The notes: generated from the letters alone by a model not told the origin. A stretch of 64,000 nt of DNA from Methanosuratincola petrocarbonis (GCA_030522375.1 CP130488.1:1408569-1472568), one strand, 5' to 3'. Counted from the stretch's first letter, positions 51,043-60,699 are shown. A program made the numbers and translations.

Positions 51043-51471
51043 TCAGAATACCTCGTATTCGGCAGCGAGATAGATTAGCGAGTCTTCTTTACGCTTCCCT
51101 TTGGACACGTTCTTTACCAGGTCGTAGGTGGTTATTATTCCCACCAGCTTGCCCCCATCCAAAACAGGGAGCCGTCTGATCATCTTGCTCACCATAAGTT
51201 TCGCTGCATCAATTATGTCCGCTTCCGGGTCAATCGCAACCACCGGGCTGGACATTATCTCTGAAACCTTGGTCTTTGAAGGATCGCATCCTTTTGCTAT
51301 GCATTTTGTAATCATGTCCCTCTCGGTCAGGACCCCCACAATATTGCCATTGTCGGTAATTACTAATGATCCAACGCCCTTATCACCGATAATCTGCGCA
51401 GCCTCTACAATTGTTTTTTCCTTATTTATAGTGACTACGTCCTTAGTCATTAACTCCTTTACTTTTTTCAA
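51043..51471 (-). CDS. CBS-domain pair protein
   Basis: 142 aa with two CBS motifs. Confidence 0.6.
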   Translation of the reverse strand: MKKVKELMTKDVVTINKEKTIVEAAQIIGDKGVGSLVITDNGNIVGVLTERDMITKCIAKGCDPSKTKVSEIMSSPVVAIDPEADIIDAAKLMVSKMIRRLPVLDGGKLVGIITTYDLVKNVSKGKRKEDSLIYLAAEYEVF

Positions 51472-51515
51472 AGTTAGCCCCCATGGTTCAGTATTTTGCT
51501 TTTGTTATATTTGCT

Positions 51516-52709
51516 TTATGGGACTATCTCTGTACTGTTGTTGAATTTAGGGTAGTCCAGCGCCTCGTGCCCAATCCCTAAATTACTCATGATGGCAAAA
51601 ACCTCATCCTTCACATTACTGATCGCATCGATGGTCCGCTTTGTGACGTTGCATATCTTCCTGAACCCTTCGTCCCCCCAATAGCGCTCCCGGTTCATGT
51701 AAAGGCATCTTCCGCCGCAACCCCTGAGGTAAGCACAACCTTTGCATTCTCCTACTATGCCACAGCCGAGCATTTTGCGGCGCATCTCCGAATAGCCAGT
51801 CTGTCCTAGTTTCCCAAGGAGTGCCCATTCGGCGTCGTAAGCGATAGGGCAAGCCCTGATCTCGCCACTCGGCAGGATTGCAATTGCGTCCACTCCTGCT
51901 CCGCAGGGCGGATTGCTCCCTCCCTCCCTTAGCCTCTTTAGTATCCCAAGAAAGGGGACGATGCCCAGCACTTTCCCCCGCCTCAGCTCTTCGACCCAGA
52001 GTTTCACCAACCTGTCTATCCCGGGCTCATAGCTGTTTGAGCACCATCTGTCAAAATCAGTCCAGGAGTCGCTCCATCCCACATCCAATTGCCAGTGTAT
52101 GTGGTCGAATAGGCTAAGGCTAATGAGATGTAGGACATCGCGATAGATGTCCGTCCTCTCCGAAACTGCCATCCTTGCAATTAGGTCCCCTTCGTAGCCG
52201 GACTTTCTCAACCCCATAGCTGCTTGCGTGACCTTGCGATATACCCCCGCGCCCCTGTATCCATCGGTCGTTTTCTCGGTTCCGTCAATCGACAAAAGTA
52301 CGGCGTCCATCCTCTTCCAGTAATCCAACTCAAGCCTATCCCACAAAGTCCCGTTAGTCTGGATCACATATCTCGCTTCCATGTTGTCCATGACCTGCCT
52401 TATCACTCCTGTCTGTATGAGGGGTTCCCCTCCATAGAAAGCGACAATCGGCTCGGGATCGTTTTCAATGAACTCCTTCAGCAATGACAGGTCGTAAGTG
52501 GGCATTGCGGGCACGCGCTCCTCCGGGAAGCTCCCCCCGCAATAATTGCAACTGAGATTGCACTTCCCAGTAGTGAGCACGAAGAATAGCAATTTCCTCG
52601 CCTTTCGAATCAATTCATTTTTATTCCCGATTACATAATTATTGTGGTGTCGGATTTGGGCATCGAAAAATGCGAGTGTATTGGGGAATACATGTTCAGT
52701 ATACCTCAC
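51516..52709 (-). CDS. Radical SAM protein with SPASM-type C-terminal Cys cluster
   Basis: CNLSCNYC (CxxxCxxC) near the N-terminus. C-terminal CGAGVD...C...CKGCAYLRGCGGRC auxiliary-cluster cysteines. Confidence 0.7.
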   Translation of the reverse strand: MRYTEHVFPNTLAFFDAQIRHHNNYVIGNKNELIRKARKLLFFVLTTGKCNLSCNYCGGSFPEERVPAMPTYDLSLLKEFIENDPEPIVAFYGGEPLIQTGVIRQVMDNMEARYVIQTNGTLWDRLELDYWKRMDAVLLSIDGTEKTTDGYRGAGVYRKVTQAAMGLRKSGYEGDLIARMAVSERTDIYRDVLHLISLSLFDHIHWQLDVGWSDSWTDFDRWCSNSYEPGIDRLVKLWVEELRRGKVLGIVPFLGILKRLREGGSNPPCGAGVDAIAILPSGEIRACPIAYDAEWALLGKLGQTGYSEMRRKMLGCGIVGECKGCAYLRGCGGRCLYMNRERYWGDEGFRKICNVTKRTIDAISNVKDEVFAIMSNLGIGHEALDYPKFNNSTEIVP

Positions 52710-53081
52710 AACTCCGATCTTTTGTCTTCTTTAAAGGGGGCAGCCGAGCGGCTCGGAATTAGTGCTGGCATATTTACGGTGATTGGCGCTCTTAAGAAGG
52801 CTGTAATCCATTATTATCTCCAAGAGAAAAAGCAGTACCACAAGATTCTTCTGGAGGTCCCCTTGGAGATCGCCTCGGGCATTGGAAATATCGCGGTAAA
52901 GGACGGCGAGACAATTGTCCATTGCCACGTCGTTCTTGCGGACAAAGAAGGGCGATGCTTTGGCGGGCACCTGGGCGAGGGATCGATCGTCTTTGCAGGG
53001 GAGGCTTACATCAGGGCTCTAAGTCCAAAAATCATAAGAAAATATGATGAAACTACAGGTCTAAATCTTTTATCAATATAA
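52692..53081 (+). CDS. PPC/DUF296 domain protein
   Basis: GIFTVIGALKKAVIHYY...HCHVVLADKEGRCFGGHL is the typical PPC (DUF296) pattern. The track ORF starts at 52644 and overlaps the radical SAM gene. Confidence 0.5.
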   Translation: MFSIPHNSDLLSSLKGAAERLGISAGIFTVIGALKKAVIHYYLQEKKQYHKILLEVPLEIASGIGNIAVKDGETIVHCHVVLADKEGRCFGGHLGEGSIVFAGEAYIRALSPKIIRKYDETTGLNLLSI

Positions 53082-53125
53082 TTACATTTTTTTTATAAAA
53101 CAAAAAGGAATCCTTTTATCCTCTA

Positions 53126-54523
53126 ATGGGTAAATATGATGAGAGGTCAGCAACAACGTCAAAAAAACAACGCGTAGCCCTCTCTTCCGTGGTCGCTGCC
53201 ATTGCGCTTACTTCTATGAAGCTTATAGTGGGGATAGTCACTAACAGCCTCGGCATTCTCAGCGAGGCTCTGCATTCTGGGATCGATCTGATCGCAGCAT
53301 TCACGACTTTTTATGCGGTGAAAAAGTCCGAAGCGCCTCCCGACTCACTCCATATGTATGGGCATGCAAAGATCGAAAGTCTTGCAAGCCTTGTGGAGAC
53401 CGTTCTTTTGTTTTTGACATGTGTTTGGATTGTCTATGAGGCGATATCTAGGTTACTATTCAAAACCGTGGAGGTGGACCTTGGTCTTTCTGCGCTTGCA
53501 GTCATGTTGGTATCCATGGTAGTGGATTTTAGCCGTTCAAGAGTTCTCATGAAAACCGCAAAGGAGTACAAGAGCCAGGCGCTAGAGGCTGATGCGATTC
53601 ATTTTTCCACGGATCTTATTTCTTCAGCCGTCGTGATAATCGGCATCTTGATCTCAATGATCGGATTCGAACAATTCGACTCAATTGCAGGGCTCGGCGT
53701 AGCCGCAGTTACGGCTTTCATCGGATACCGGCTTCTGAAGAAATCTACCCACACTCTGCTCGATGGAGCGCCCGCAGGGGTTGTGCAGCAAATCATTGAG
53801 AATGCAAGTTCTGTAAAAGGGATCCAAAAGATAGGCAGGGTACGTGTCCGCGAGGCAGGAGCAAAAACTTTTGTCGACTTGGAAGTCCACGTAGACCGGG
53901 ATCTTAACTTGGAGGCCGCTCATGAACTGGCTGAGTCGGTGTGCCGCAACATTCAGGAGACCATCCCTGGCGCCGACGTGGTGGTACACGCCGAACCTGT
54001 TTCAACTTCTGAGGCCACGCTTGTTGACAGGATGCGGCGCGAGGCGTCCAAGATGAAAGAGATCAAGAGCATCAGCAAGATCCAGCTCTCTGAAACCGAT
54101 AATAAATTAGATGTTGAATTCAATGTAGAGATAGACGGGACGCAGAGCTTAGAGAGCGCTCATGAGATCGCATCGAATCTGGAAGATAGGATCAAGCAAC
54201 TTGACAAAAAGATCTCCACCGTCACATCCCATATAGAGCCTTATGTCGACAGAGTTTGTGCGGGGGCGCCCGTTTCATTCATGCAAGATCGCATTCAAAG
54301 GCTGTTGGAGTCAATTCTGCTTGCCTTTCCTTCTGTCAAATCCTTCAAGGACTTGCAGGTAAAAAAGATCGACGACACTTATTCTCTTACTCTCTGCTGT
54401 ATGTTCGATAAGGGGCTTTCTCTTTCGGAGGCACACCGTATAGCATCAAAAATTGAGGTCGAAATCAAGGCAAAATGCCCTGAAATCGAGTCAATCTCTC
54501 TCCACATGGAGCCTGCATCTTAA
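53126..54523 (+). CDS. Cation diffusion facilitator family transporter with extended cytoplasmic C-terminus
   Basis: Six TM helices with the HSGIDLI..F..DA.HF.TDL motif, then ferredoxin-like cytoplasmic domains. Confidence 0.75.
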   Translation: MGKYDERSATTSKKQRVALSSVVAAIALTSMKLIVGIVTNSLGILSEALHSGIDLIAAFTTFYAVKKSEAPPDSLHMYGHAKIESLASLVETVLLFLTCVWIVYEAISRLLFKTVEVDLGLSALAVMLVSMVVDFSRSRVLMKTAKEYKSQALEADAIHFSTDLISSAVVIIGILISMIGFEQFDSIAGLGVAAVTAFIGYRLLKKSTHTLLDGAPAGVVQQIIENASSVKGIQKIGRVRVREAGAKTFVDLEVHVDRDLNLEAAHELAESVCRNIQETIPGADVVVHAEPVSTSEATLVDRMRREASKMKEIKSISKIQLSETDNKLDVEFNVEIDGTQSLESAHEIASNLEDRIKQLDKKISTVTSHIEPYVDRVCAGAPVSFMQDRIQRLLESILLAFPSVKSFKDLQVKKIDDTYSLTLCCMFDKGLSLSEAHRIASKIEVEIKAKCPEIESISLHMEPAS

Positions 54524-54540
54524 GCAAAAAGGTCATGATC

Positions 54541-54756
54541 TTATTTTTTCTTGAAGAAGTTGCATGCTTTACTCGTCGCGCTCTTCTTAGCTGCCGTCTT
54601 TCTGCAGTACCCTTGCCCGCTCTTTCCCATCGCTGTAAACAACCCGCAATCTTTGCAAGTCATTTTCTTGAGGTCGATAGCTGGCTGCGCTGCAGATTGC
54701 TTTGCTTCTGCCCTGTTAGCAAACTTGCCCTCTGGCATCTTATCACCCTCTACCAT
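54541..54756 (-). CDS. Small Cys-rich protein (71 aa)
   Basis: CKDCG...C...C spacing suggests a zinc-binding knuckle. An antisense ORF of similar size also exists. Confidence 0.3.
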   Translation of the reverse strand: MVEGDKMPEGKFANRAEAKQSAAQPAIDLKKMTCKDCGLFTAMGKSGQGYCRKTAAKKSATSKACNFFKKK

Positions 54757-54997
54757 CCAGAGACCGCCACCATCCTATAAGGTTTGTTTAATTGGTTGAA
54801 ACTAACTGATGCGAAAGAGGGCTCTTTTCAGCGACGGGCACCGCCAGGGCTTGCTTTTTCCTCGTCAGATCTCAACGCTATGCCTAGGATCCAGATCAAC
54901 GTTCGTTGTATTCTCACTGCCGATGATCTTTTATAAACTTTTATAATATAAAAAGCATTAGTAGTGATTGCTGAATAATAAATCAGCGTTTGTTTAA

Positions 54998-55222
54998 TTA
55001 AAACTTGTGATAATTTGGTATTGATGCGATGGCGGGTCCGGAGGGATTTGAACCCTCGACCATTGACTTAGAAGGCCGCCGAAGGGGGGATTTTTCATCA
55101 GACACGGCAATTTTGATGATGTTTTGGGGGGTTGTACCGTACAGCTTCGAGAGTGCCAAGAGCTTCTCGTAGAGGTCCTCCGGGAGCGTCAAGGATCGGA
55201 AGCCTTTCCGGGGCATAAACAA
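54998..55222 (-). CDS. Ribbon-helix-helix (CopG-like) protein whose C-terminus reads through a tRNA 3' fragment
   Basis: RSLTLPEDLYEKLLALSKLYGTTPQNIIKIAV is an RHH fold. The last ~25 codons overlap the tRNA-like sequence at 55030-55078. Confidence 0.4.
   Translation of the reverse strand: MFMPRKGFRSLTLPEDLYEKLLALSKLYGTTPQNIIKIAVSDEKSPLRRPSKSMVEGSNPSGPAIASIPNYHKF
55030..55078 (-). other. tRNA 3'-half fragment (putative att site remnant)
   Basis: Reverse complement ...GGTCGAGGGTTCAAATCCCTCCGGACCCGCCA is a perfect T-arm, 7-nt acceptor 3' strand, discriminator and CCA. The matching 5' acceptor strand GGGTCCG is absent on either side. Confidence 0.45.
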
Positions 55223-55296
55223 ACACTGTTTTATATATTGAAAAATGATACCGAAAAACCTTCACCTTTGGAAGGAAAAGGACCTTTGAGCTGCGT

Positions 55297-55917
55297 TCAT
55301 GCTCTGCTTACATGGCACAACTCAATTATCCCCGACTGCCTGTAATGCCTACCAATCACCTGCAAGATCTGCCAGGAGTTCCTGAGGATGTCCTTCTGGT
55401 CGGTCGTAATGAACAAAAAGAAAATTCCTCGACTCTGGGCCCAGTCGGCGGCGTCGGCTATTATCTGGGCGTCGTTTTTGTTTCCTATGAAGTAAAGGCT
55501 GTCTACTAGTAAAAAGTCCTTAGAGCGGTCTATCAGCGGCTGGGCGGTCTTTTCCAGCGCTTCTTTTATGCTCTGCTTTATTGTGGAAAACAATAAGGTA
55601 AACCCGTAGTGCGCTTCTTCCTGGCTTTTACATTTTATTGATTTAGCCGCTTCTGATAAGAAAGCGCGGCGGTTCGGGTTCCGCTCGTTTTGCAGGGCGC
55701 GCTCTACGCTGCCCTGGCGCAGTATTTCTTTCAGAAACCTATCCATGTACCTGAAGAGCTCATCCAGCTCGCTCTTGACCGTGAGGCTGGTGTGCTTCCG
55801 ATACGCGCCTCCGTCAATGACCCTGCAGCAGTCGCTTTTATGTGGATTCCAATCCGTAGCGTACCCGTAGTAGATGCAGGTGTCTAGGAAGCAATCCGAA
55901 TGCACTTGGCTACCCAC
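55297..55917 (-). CDS. PIN-domain protein (206 aa)
   Basis: FLDTCIYY (first acidic motif), SELDELF, and C-terminal FFLFITTDQKDI (TxD motif). The extended middle region is unassigned. Confidence 0.5.
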   Translation of the reverse strand: MGSQVHSDCFLDTCIYYGYATDWNPHKSDCCRVIDGGAYRKHTSLTVKSELDELFRYMDRFLKEILRQGSVERALQNERNPNRRAFLSEAAKSIKCKSQEEAHYGFTLLFSTIKQSIKEALEKTAQPLIDRSKDFLLVDSLYFIGNKNDAQIIADAADWAQSRGIFFLFITTDQKDILRNSWQILQVIGRHYRQSGIIELCHVSRA

Positions 55918-57073
55918 GAGTCAGCGCCCCTATGAGCAACCCGGCGAGCGCCTCGCCGTCGCCGTACGACTCTTTGTAGAACTCCTTCATCTCTCTCGAC
56001 GATGCGAGTGAGCCGGCTTTAGACAGCATGATCTCGAATCCTTCAATATCCTTAGGGGCAGCCCTGAGCGCCCGCTCCAATTTAGACAGTTGGGCCTCTC
56101 TAATTTGATCGGCCCTCAACCCCTTCACCGTGGCTATAGAGAACAGGAGGGCGACGGGCTTCCAGACGTGCATGCTGTAAAATTCATACACGCGGCCCAG
56201 TTCCAGGAGTAACTTCCTGTCATGCGATGCCTTGATGGAGTACCTCTGGAAGACCTCGACGAATTTCTGGAATTGGTCGTACAGGCCAACGGATGTCATT
56301 TCCTGGCACGCCGGCGGTATCCGGTCGCCGGAGGAGCGCGCGTACTCTTCAAGCCGAGAGTAGAACTCGTCTTTTGCGAGCTCCGCAAGCATCTGGGCCA
56401 GCAGCAGGTTTTGGTTGTGGAGCGGATCGACCCGGGAGGGCACATCGATGAAGCGATCAATCCCAACGGTGCTGCAGTTTACGCCCTCCAAGAGCCTCTT
56501 TGTGGAGTAGCTCAGCTTACTATTGAGCTGGTAGAGTTTTTTGCAGAAGCCAGGGGCCTGATCGTAGAACTTTTCCAGGAAATCTTCAAGCTTTTTGAAG
56601 TATACCTCGGTCACAACCGTCTTGACTTCGCCGTAGTACTGCGCGCTCGGCAGCCCGAACTCCTCCGGGGCGATCCCGCCGACATCATTCTCACACGATT
56701 TAGGCTTCAGGTCCAGGTCGTATGACGCCATCAGCCCCTCGTCGATTTCGCCCCGGTCGTCGACGTCCAACAGGTCGCTGTGGACGTACCCGCCGTAGAG
56801 GTACCAGCTCCTCGTGATAGGGATGTCGAGCCTCTCTGCTATGAGGAAGACCATCTTCTGGAGCTTGACCTTAGATAAATAGGTCGTTCTCGGTCCGCGC
56901 CCCTCGATTTCCCGTCTCAAGTCCCTCAGGATCATTCTGAGGATCCTTTCCTCGTCCTGGGGGCTTAGGAGCGTTGGCAAAAAGGTCACCCGTAAATTGA
57001 GCAAATCATAATTTAACTTTTGTAATTGAAATATTTTTTGTTTTTTAGGTCGCTGGAGCGGCCGCACCCGCAT
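55910..57073 (-). CDS. Hypothetical protein (388 aa); start trimmed to MRVRPLQ
   Basis: The upstream part of the track ORF runs antisense through the neighbouring gene and looks spurious. No family recognised. Confidence 0.4.
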   Translation of the reverse strand: MRVRPLQRPKKQKIFQLQKLNYDLLNLRVTFLPTLLSPQDEERILRMILRDLRREIEGRGPRTTYLSKVKLQKMVFLIAERLDIPITRSWYLYGGYVHSDLLDVDDRGEIDEGLMASYDLDLKPKSCENDVGGIAPEEFGLPSAQYYGEVKTVVTEVYFKKLEDFLEKFYDQAPGFCKKLYQLNSKLSYSTKRLLEGVNCSTVGIDRFIDVPSRVDPLHNQNLLLAQMLAELAKDEFYSRLEEYARSSGDRIPPACQEMTSVGLYDQFQKFVEVFQRYSIKASHDRKLLLELGRVYEFYSMHVWKPVALLFSIATVKGLRADQIREAQLSKLERALRAAPKDIEGFEIMLSKAGSLASSREMKEFYKESYGDGEALAGLLIGALTRG

Positions 57074-57087
57074 ATCGTTTGCATCTT

Positions 57088-57893
57088 TCAGGCCGGTTTT
57101 TCCCTGATCTCGAAGACGCACCTCTTGTTGCCCTTCGCGATGCACTCGGTCTCTTCGACCTGGAAGGGCTTCCCGAAGACCTCCGCGAAGACACCGGCGA
57201 TTATCCCCCTCACCATGGCCCCGTATGGCTGCCCGGTCACTTTTGCACCATTGCACTCGAAGGAGTCGTAGACGGCGATCTTCCCGCCCGAGTCCCCGAG
57301 GTGGATCACCTCGATCCTGCCGAACCCCGCCCACTGGAATGCGGCGGTGCTGATGCGGCGGTAGATCTCTACTGGGTCCTTCAGCCCGACCGCTTCAGCG
57401 GCTGATCTGTGCAGCTTCCCGAACCCTTTGCCTGCCTCGAGCCCCTCGTAGTACAGGAAGGCCTCGCCGCCGGATCCGAACTGCTCCTTTATCCCCCTGA
57501 TGAGCCGCCTGTACCCGGCTGCTCTGAGGATTATCGCCCTGTCGCCCCCTGCCGTCAGAGGATGGGACAGGTTGTCGATGATCAAGCCTTCGGCGACGGG
57601 CTCGATGATCTTCACCTGGCTGGCCATCCCGGTGGACTCGAGCTCCTGAACGAGCTCGTTCATCGGGACGTCGCACTCCGTCACGTCCAGGAAGGTTATG
57701 ACGGGGTACGAATCGGTCGTCGCCGAGGGCGAGGAGGCGAAGTACATCGGCAGCGCCCTGTGCCTGGCCGCCGTCTTGGTCAGGGCGGGGAGGGTATCGG
57801 GGTCGGCCTTGATGATGAACCTCAGCCCCGCTAGCTTCCTGCCCGGCAGCACGAGCATTCTAGACAAGTCGAACTCATAGCTCATAGTGTTTA
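57088..57893 (-). CDS. V4R-domain protein (predicted small-molecule-binding regulator)
   Basis: C-terminal V4R pattern: SFECNGAKVTGQPYGAMVRGIIAGVFAEVFGKPFQVEETECIAKGNKRCVFEI. Start set at MSYEFDL. The track ORF extends spuriously to 58197. Confidence 0.5.
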
Positions 57894-58024
57894 ATTTCCG
57901 TTTTGCAAAAATAACACTTTCGCCCCCGAGTCCTGGCTTCCGCTTTCCGGAAATTCTTAAGCCTCCCGGAGGCGGATCGGCGTGGTGCTGGTGGGTTTCC
58001 GTGATCGGAAAGAGGCCGTCGCTC

Positions 58025-58186
58025 GTGGACTGCGGGGAGGAGCTCTTCGGCGGGAGGGTCAGGTGCAAGTACAGGGGGTGCAGGAAGTGGTGCGCCTCCT
58101 GGCTGGGTCTGGCCGTGCACCTGAGGAAGGGGCACGGGGTGTCGGCGTCGGAGGTGTCCTGGAAGGACCTGGAGGGGGAGCGGTGA
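58025..58186 (+). CDS. Small C2H2 zinc-finger protein (junction cassette copy C, gene 1)
   Basis: (V/M)DCGEELFGGRVRCKYRGCRKWCASWLGLAVHLRKGHGVS... contains C-x4-C-x12-H-x4-H. Its stop overlaps the gene 2 start (TGATG). GC about 65%. A longer ATG-initiated frame begins at 57887. Confidence 0.45.
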   Translation: MDCGEELFGGRVRCKYRGCRKWCASWLGLAVHLRKGHGVSASEVSWKDLEGER

Positions 58187-58347
58187 TGGGCTGGCACGAG
58201 TGCGAGGGCGTCCTTGAGCTGGTCCTTGTGAGGATGAAGAGGTGCGCAACGGCGGAGGAATGCCGCGGGGCCGTGGAGGAGGTCCTTGCGCTGGTCAAGG
58301 AAAGGAAGCTCGAGCGGCTGAGGGAGGAGCTGGGGGTGATTGGATAG
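58186..58347 (+). CDS. Small helical protein (junction cassette copy C, gene 2)
   Basis: MGWHECEGVLELVLVRMKRCATAEECRGAVEEVLALVKERKLERLREELGVIG is paralogous to 13056-13256 and the remnant at 16258-16353. AT-rich foreign DNA begins immediately downstream. Confidence 0.5.
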   Translation: MGWHECEGVLELVLVRMKRCATAEECRGAVEEVLALVKERKLERLREELGVIG

Positions 58348-58778
58348 ATTTTAAACTCTTTCTAAACGCTAATGAGGCAATTCGTGGCCCATATTTCTGT
58401 GATCGGGGAAACAATGATCTGCAACGACGATATCCTAAATGCAAATTATCTGAGAATTCAGCAGGTCTCATCATAACCCTCCACATCATGTGATTAATCA
58501 ATATCTTTTTTTGTCATGGAATCCGAAAAGATCGCCCCCCGATCATCTAATTACAGGAGCGCGCTCATCTTATAAAGGTCTACACATTTCATGGCGATCC
58601 ATGTCTCTATTAAACTTCGAAAAATAAAAGAAAGATTCTCTATATGATGTTTAATTTGTAGTAATGAGTCGCTCAAATAAACTAAAGGTTTCATCACGCA
58701 CTAGAGTTAGATAAAACATATATTTCCAATAGCTTATATGATGCTTACTTTTATATTAAAAATTAGGAGTGTTCTACA

Positions 58779-59375
58779 TTGAATCCAGACGATGCATTTG
58801 AGCAAAATAAAGAATGCATACCTTTTTCTGAGATAATCAAAAAAACTACCGGTCACGAAGTCCAACCACTTTCGAAAGAAGATAACGATGTGATAAATGA
58901 AATATCTGAAGCAGCTAAAAAAATTTTAGAGAGATACAAAAACGAAGTCTTTTCTGATCGACGACCTAATGAAGTTAGCAATCTTTTAGAAAGAGAATTA
59001 AGAGCTTCGCTTAAGGGTGCTAGCATACCAGAAAATAAAGCTGCAGGGTATCCAGACATCCTGATTGTAAGAGGACCTCGCTGTTTCTATATAGAAGTGA
59101 AACTGACCGGTGAAGAACAGACCGATAGTTCTTTAAGGTCTTTCTATTACGAGCCGGCAAAAAATGTTAAAATAAAAAAAGATGCGCGCCATATCCTAAT
59201 TGGATTTGAACACCGCAATAAAAATTTACATAAATTCAAAATTGTTGATCTTTCAAAAATAAATGTTTGTTTGAAAAAAGAATTCAATGCTAATAATAGA
59301 GAACTTTATAAAAAAGAGGCAATCGTGTTAGAATATCCCCCAGAAAAGTCAAATCAGTCGACTTTGGCAGGTTAA
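58779..59375 (+). CDS. Type II restriction endonuclease (PD-(D/E)xK)
   Basis: [20 protein letters not shown] gives a PD...ExK core. About 33% GC. TTG start preceded by AGGAG. Its 3' end overlaps the convergent MTase gene by 27 nt. Confidence 0.55.
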   Translation: MNPDDAFEQNKECIPFSEIIKKTTGHEVQPLSKEDNDVINEISEAAKKILERYKNEVFSDRRPNEVSNLLERELRASLKGASIPENKAAGYPDILIVRGPRCFYIEVKLTGEEQTDSSLRSFYYEPAKNVKIKKDARHILIGFEHRNKNLHKFKIVDLSKINVCLKKEFNANNRELYKKEAIVLEYPPEKSNQSTLAG

Positions 59376-60194
59376 CCTCAATTCATTTATCCTCTTTTCT
59401 GCCTCTCTGGCATAGTATTCGTCTATCTCAAAACCTATCCAATCTATTCCCAGTTTTTTACAAGCTATGGCAGTATTACCAATGCCCATAAATGGATCGA
59501 GAACGAGTTGTGTCTTGCTAACCCCATGAAGTTTGATGCACGTCATTGGAACCTCAGGCGGAAATGACGAAGGATGAGGCCTTTGCTTTTCTTTTGATCT
59601 TATGGTATTATATGGAATAAACCAAGTGTTACCACGACATCTTAAATCTTTACTTACCGATTTCCATCTTCCTATGTTCGATTTATCTTGATAAGGCACA
59701 CCTATTGCCAGTCTATCAAGTTCAACATCCCCTTTTTTTGTAAAATGAAAAATGTATTCAAAGCAGTCATTAAGAAAGCGTTTCCCACCAATTGGTTTAA
59801 AATGCCCAACAGCAATATCGCCCTTTATGTTTGGATAATCCCCAACATCTTCTTTCTTTATGGCGATAGACTTGACCCAAATGATAATGTTCTGAAGCGT
59901 GAAGTATTTTCTTAACCTGAAAGCGACTTCCCATGGCACCCAAAGATCGGTAGGCTTGTGCCCAAAGTTAAGGAAGAATGATCCATCTTTGTGCAATACA
60001 CGCCTACACTCTTTTCCTACTTCGTCAATCCAAGCTAAGTAATCTTCCCGAGGTATAGTGTCGTCATATTTATTGTACTTCACCCCAATATTGTATGGAG
60101 GCGAAGTAACGATTACATCGACTTCTTCTGGGTTGAGAAGGGTTTTCATACCTTCCAAGCAATCCATTACATAGATTTTGTTTCTTTCAATCAT
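59349..60194 (-). CDS. Beta-class DNA methyltransferase (N4-cytosine/N6-adenine; SPPY motif)
   Basis: Motif [14 protein letters not shown] lies N-terminal to motif [14 protein letters not shown], i.e. beta-class order. N-terminal [13 protein letters not shown]. Confidence 0.85.
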   Translation of the reverse strand: MIERNKIYVMDCLEGMKTLLNPEEVDVIVTSPPYNIGVKYNKYDDTIPREDYLAWIDEVGKECRRVLHKDGSFFLNFGHKPTDLWVPWEVAFRLRKYFTLQNIIIWVKSIAIKKEDVGDYPNIKGDIAVGHFKPIGGKRFLNDCFEYIFHFTKKGDVELDRLAIGVPYQDKSNIGRWKSVSKDLRCRGNTWFIPYNTIRSKEKQRPHPSSFPPEVPMTCIKLHGVSKTQLVLDPFMGIGNTAIACKKLGIDWIGFEIDEYYAREAEKRINELRLTCQSRLI

Positions 60195-60432
60195 CGTCTA
60201 AACCTCAAGCTCAATCCACTTTTTTCTTGCTCTTTCAATCTTTTAAGCACATACTCCATGGCATGGGTTCCATTAGCGAACCGTTAAGAGCTTATTAAAG
60301 TGCCTATCCATGAAAGTAAATTCTCATCTAAAGAGATGCTTGCCTTCATTTTTCCCATTTCATATACCTCATAATATTGATTATATTGGCTTTTTTATTG
60401 ATCAATTTTGAGTTGTGATAAGACATGGCAAA

Positions 60433-60699
60433 TTAATCCTCCGCCAGAGCTCTTATTTCCTCCAGCTTCTCGGCCACCTTCTTCCCCTTCTCGGTTAGCG
60501 AGATGAGTCTTCTAGGAGGGAAACTTTCTTCACGCTTCTCAGTAATTAGACCGAGACTCAAAAGAATTCTAAGATTATTGTAAACAGTCTGCCGGTTCAT
60601 TTTGCCAAATGAAACAATATCTGACAAAGTCCACTCTTTCTTCGAGTCGCTATTTAGTACTGTCAAAATCTCTTGAGCTGGACTAAGCAGGTTATTCAT
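60433..60699 (-). CDS. Small wHTH regulator upstream of the MTase (possible controller)
   Basis: 88 aa. NRQTVYNNLRILLSLGLITEK is a winged-helix recognition element. Same strand as the MTase. Confidence 0.45.
   Translation of the reverse strand: MNNLLSPAQEILTVLNSDSKKEWTLSDIVSFGKMNRQTVYNNLRILLSLGLITEKREESFPPRRLISLTEKGKKVAEKLEEIRALAED

Noticed and set aside
55030-55120. A complete tRNA at the 55.03 kb locus
   Set aside because: Only the T-arm, acceptor 3' strand and CCA are present. Neither GGGTCCG nor a compatible anticodon stem occurs within 300 nt on either side, so it is treated as a fragment.
57875-58298. Minus-strand ORFs 57875-58249 and 58059-58298 and the N-terminal extension of 57088-58197
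   Set aside because: Antisense to the GC-rich zinc-finger/helical cassette and Pro/Arg-rich. The V4R protein has a clean start at MSYEFDL (57893).
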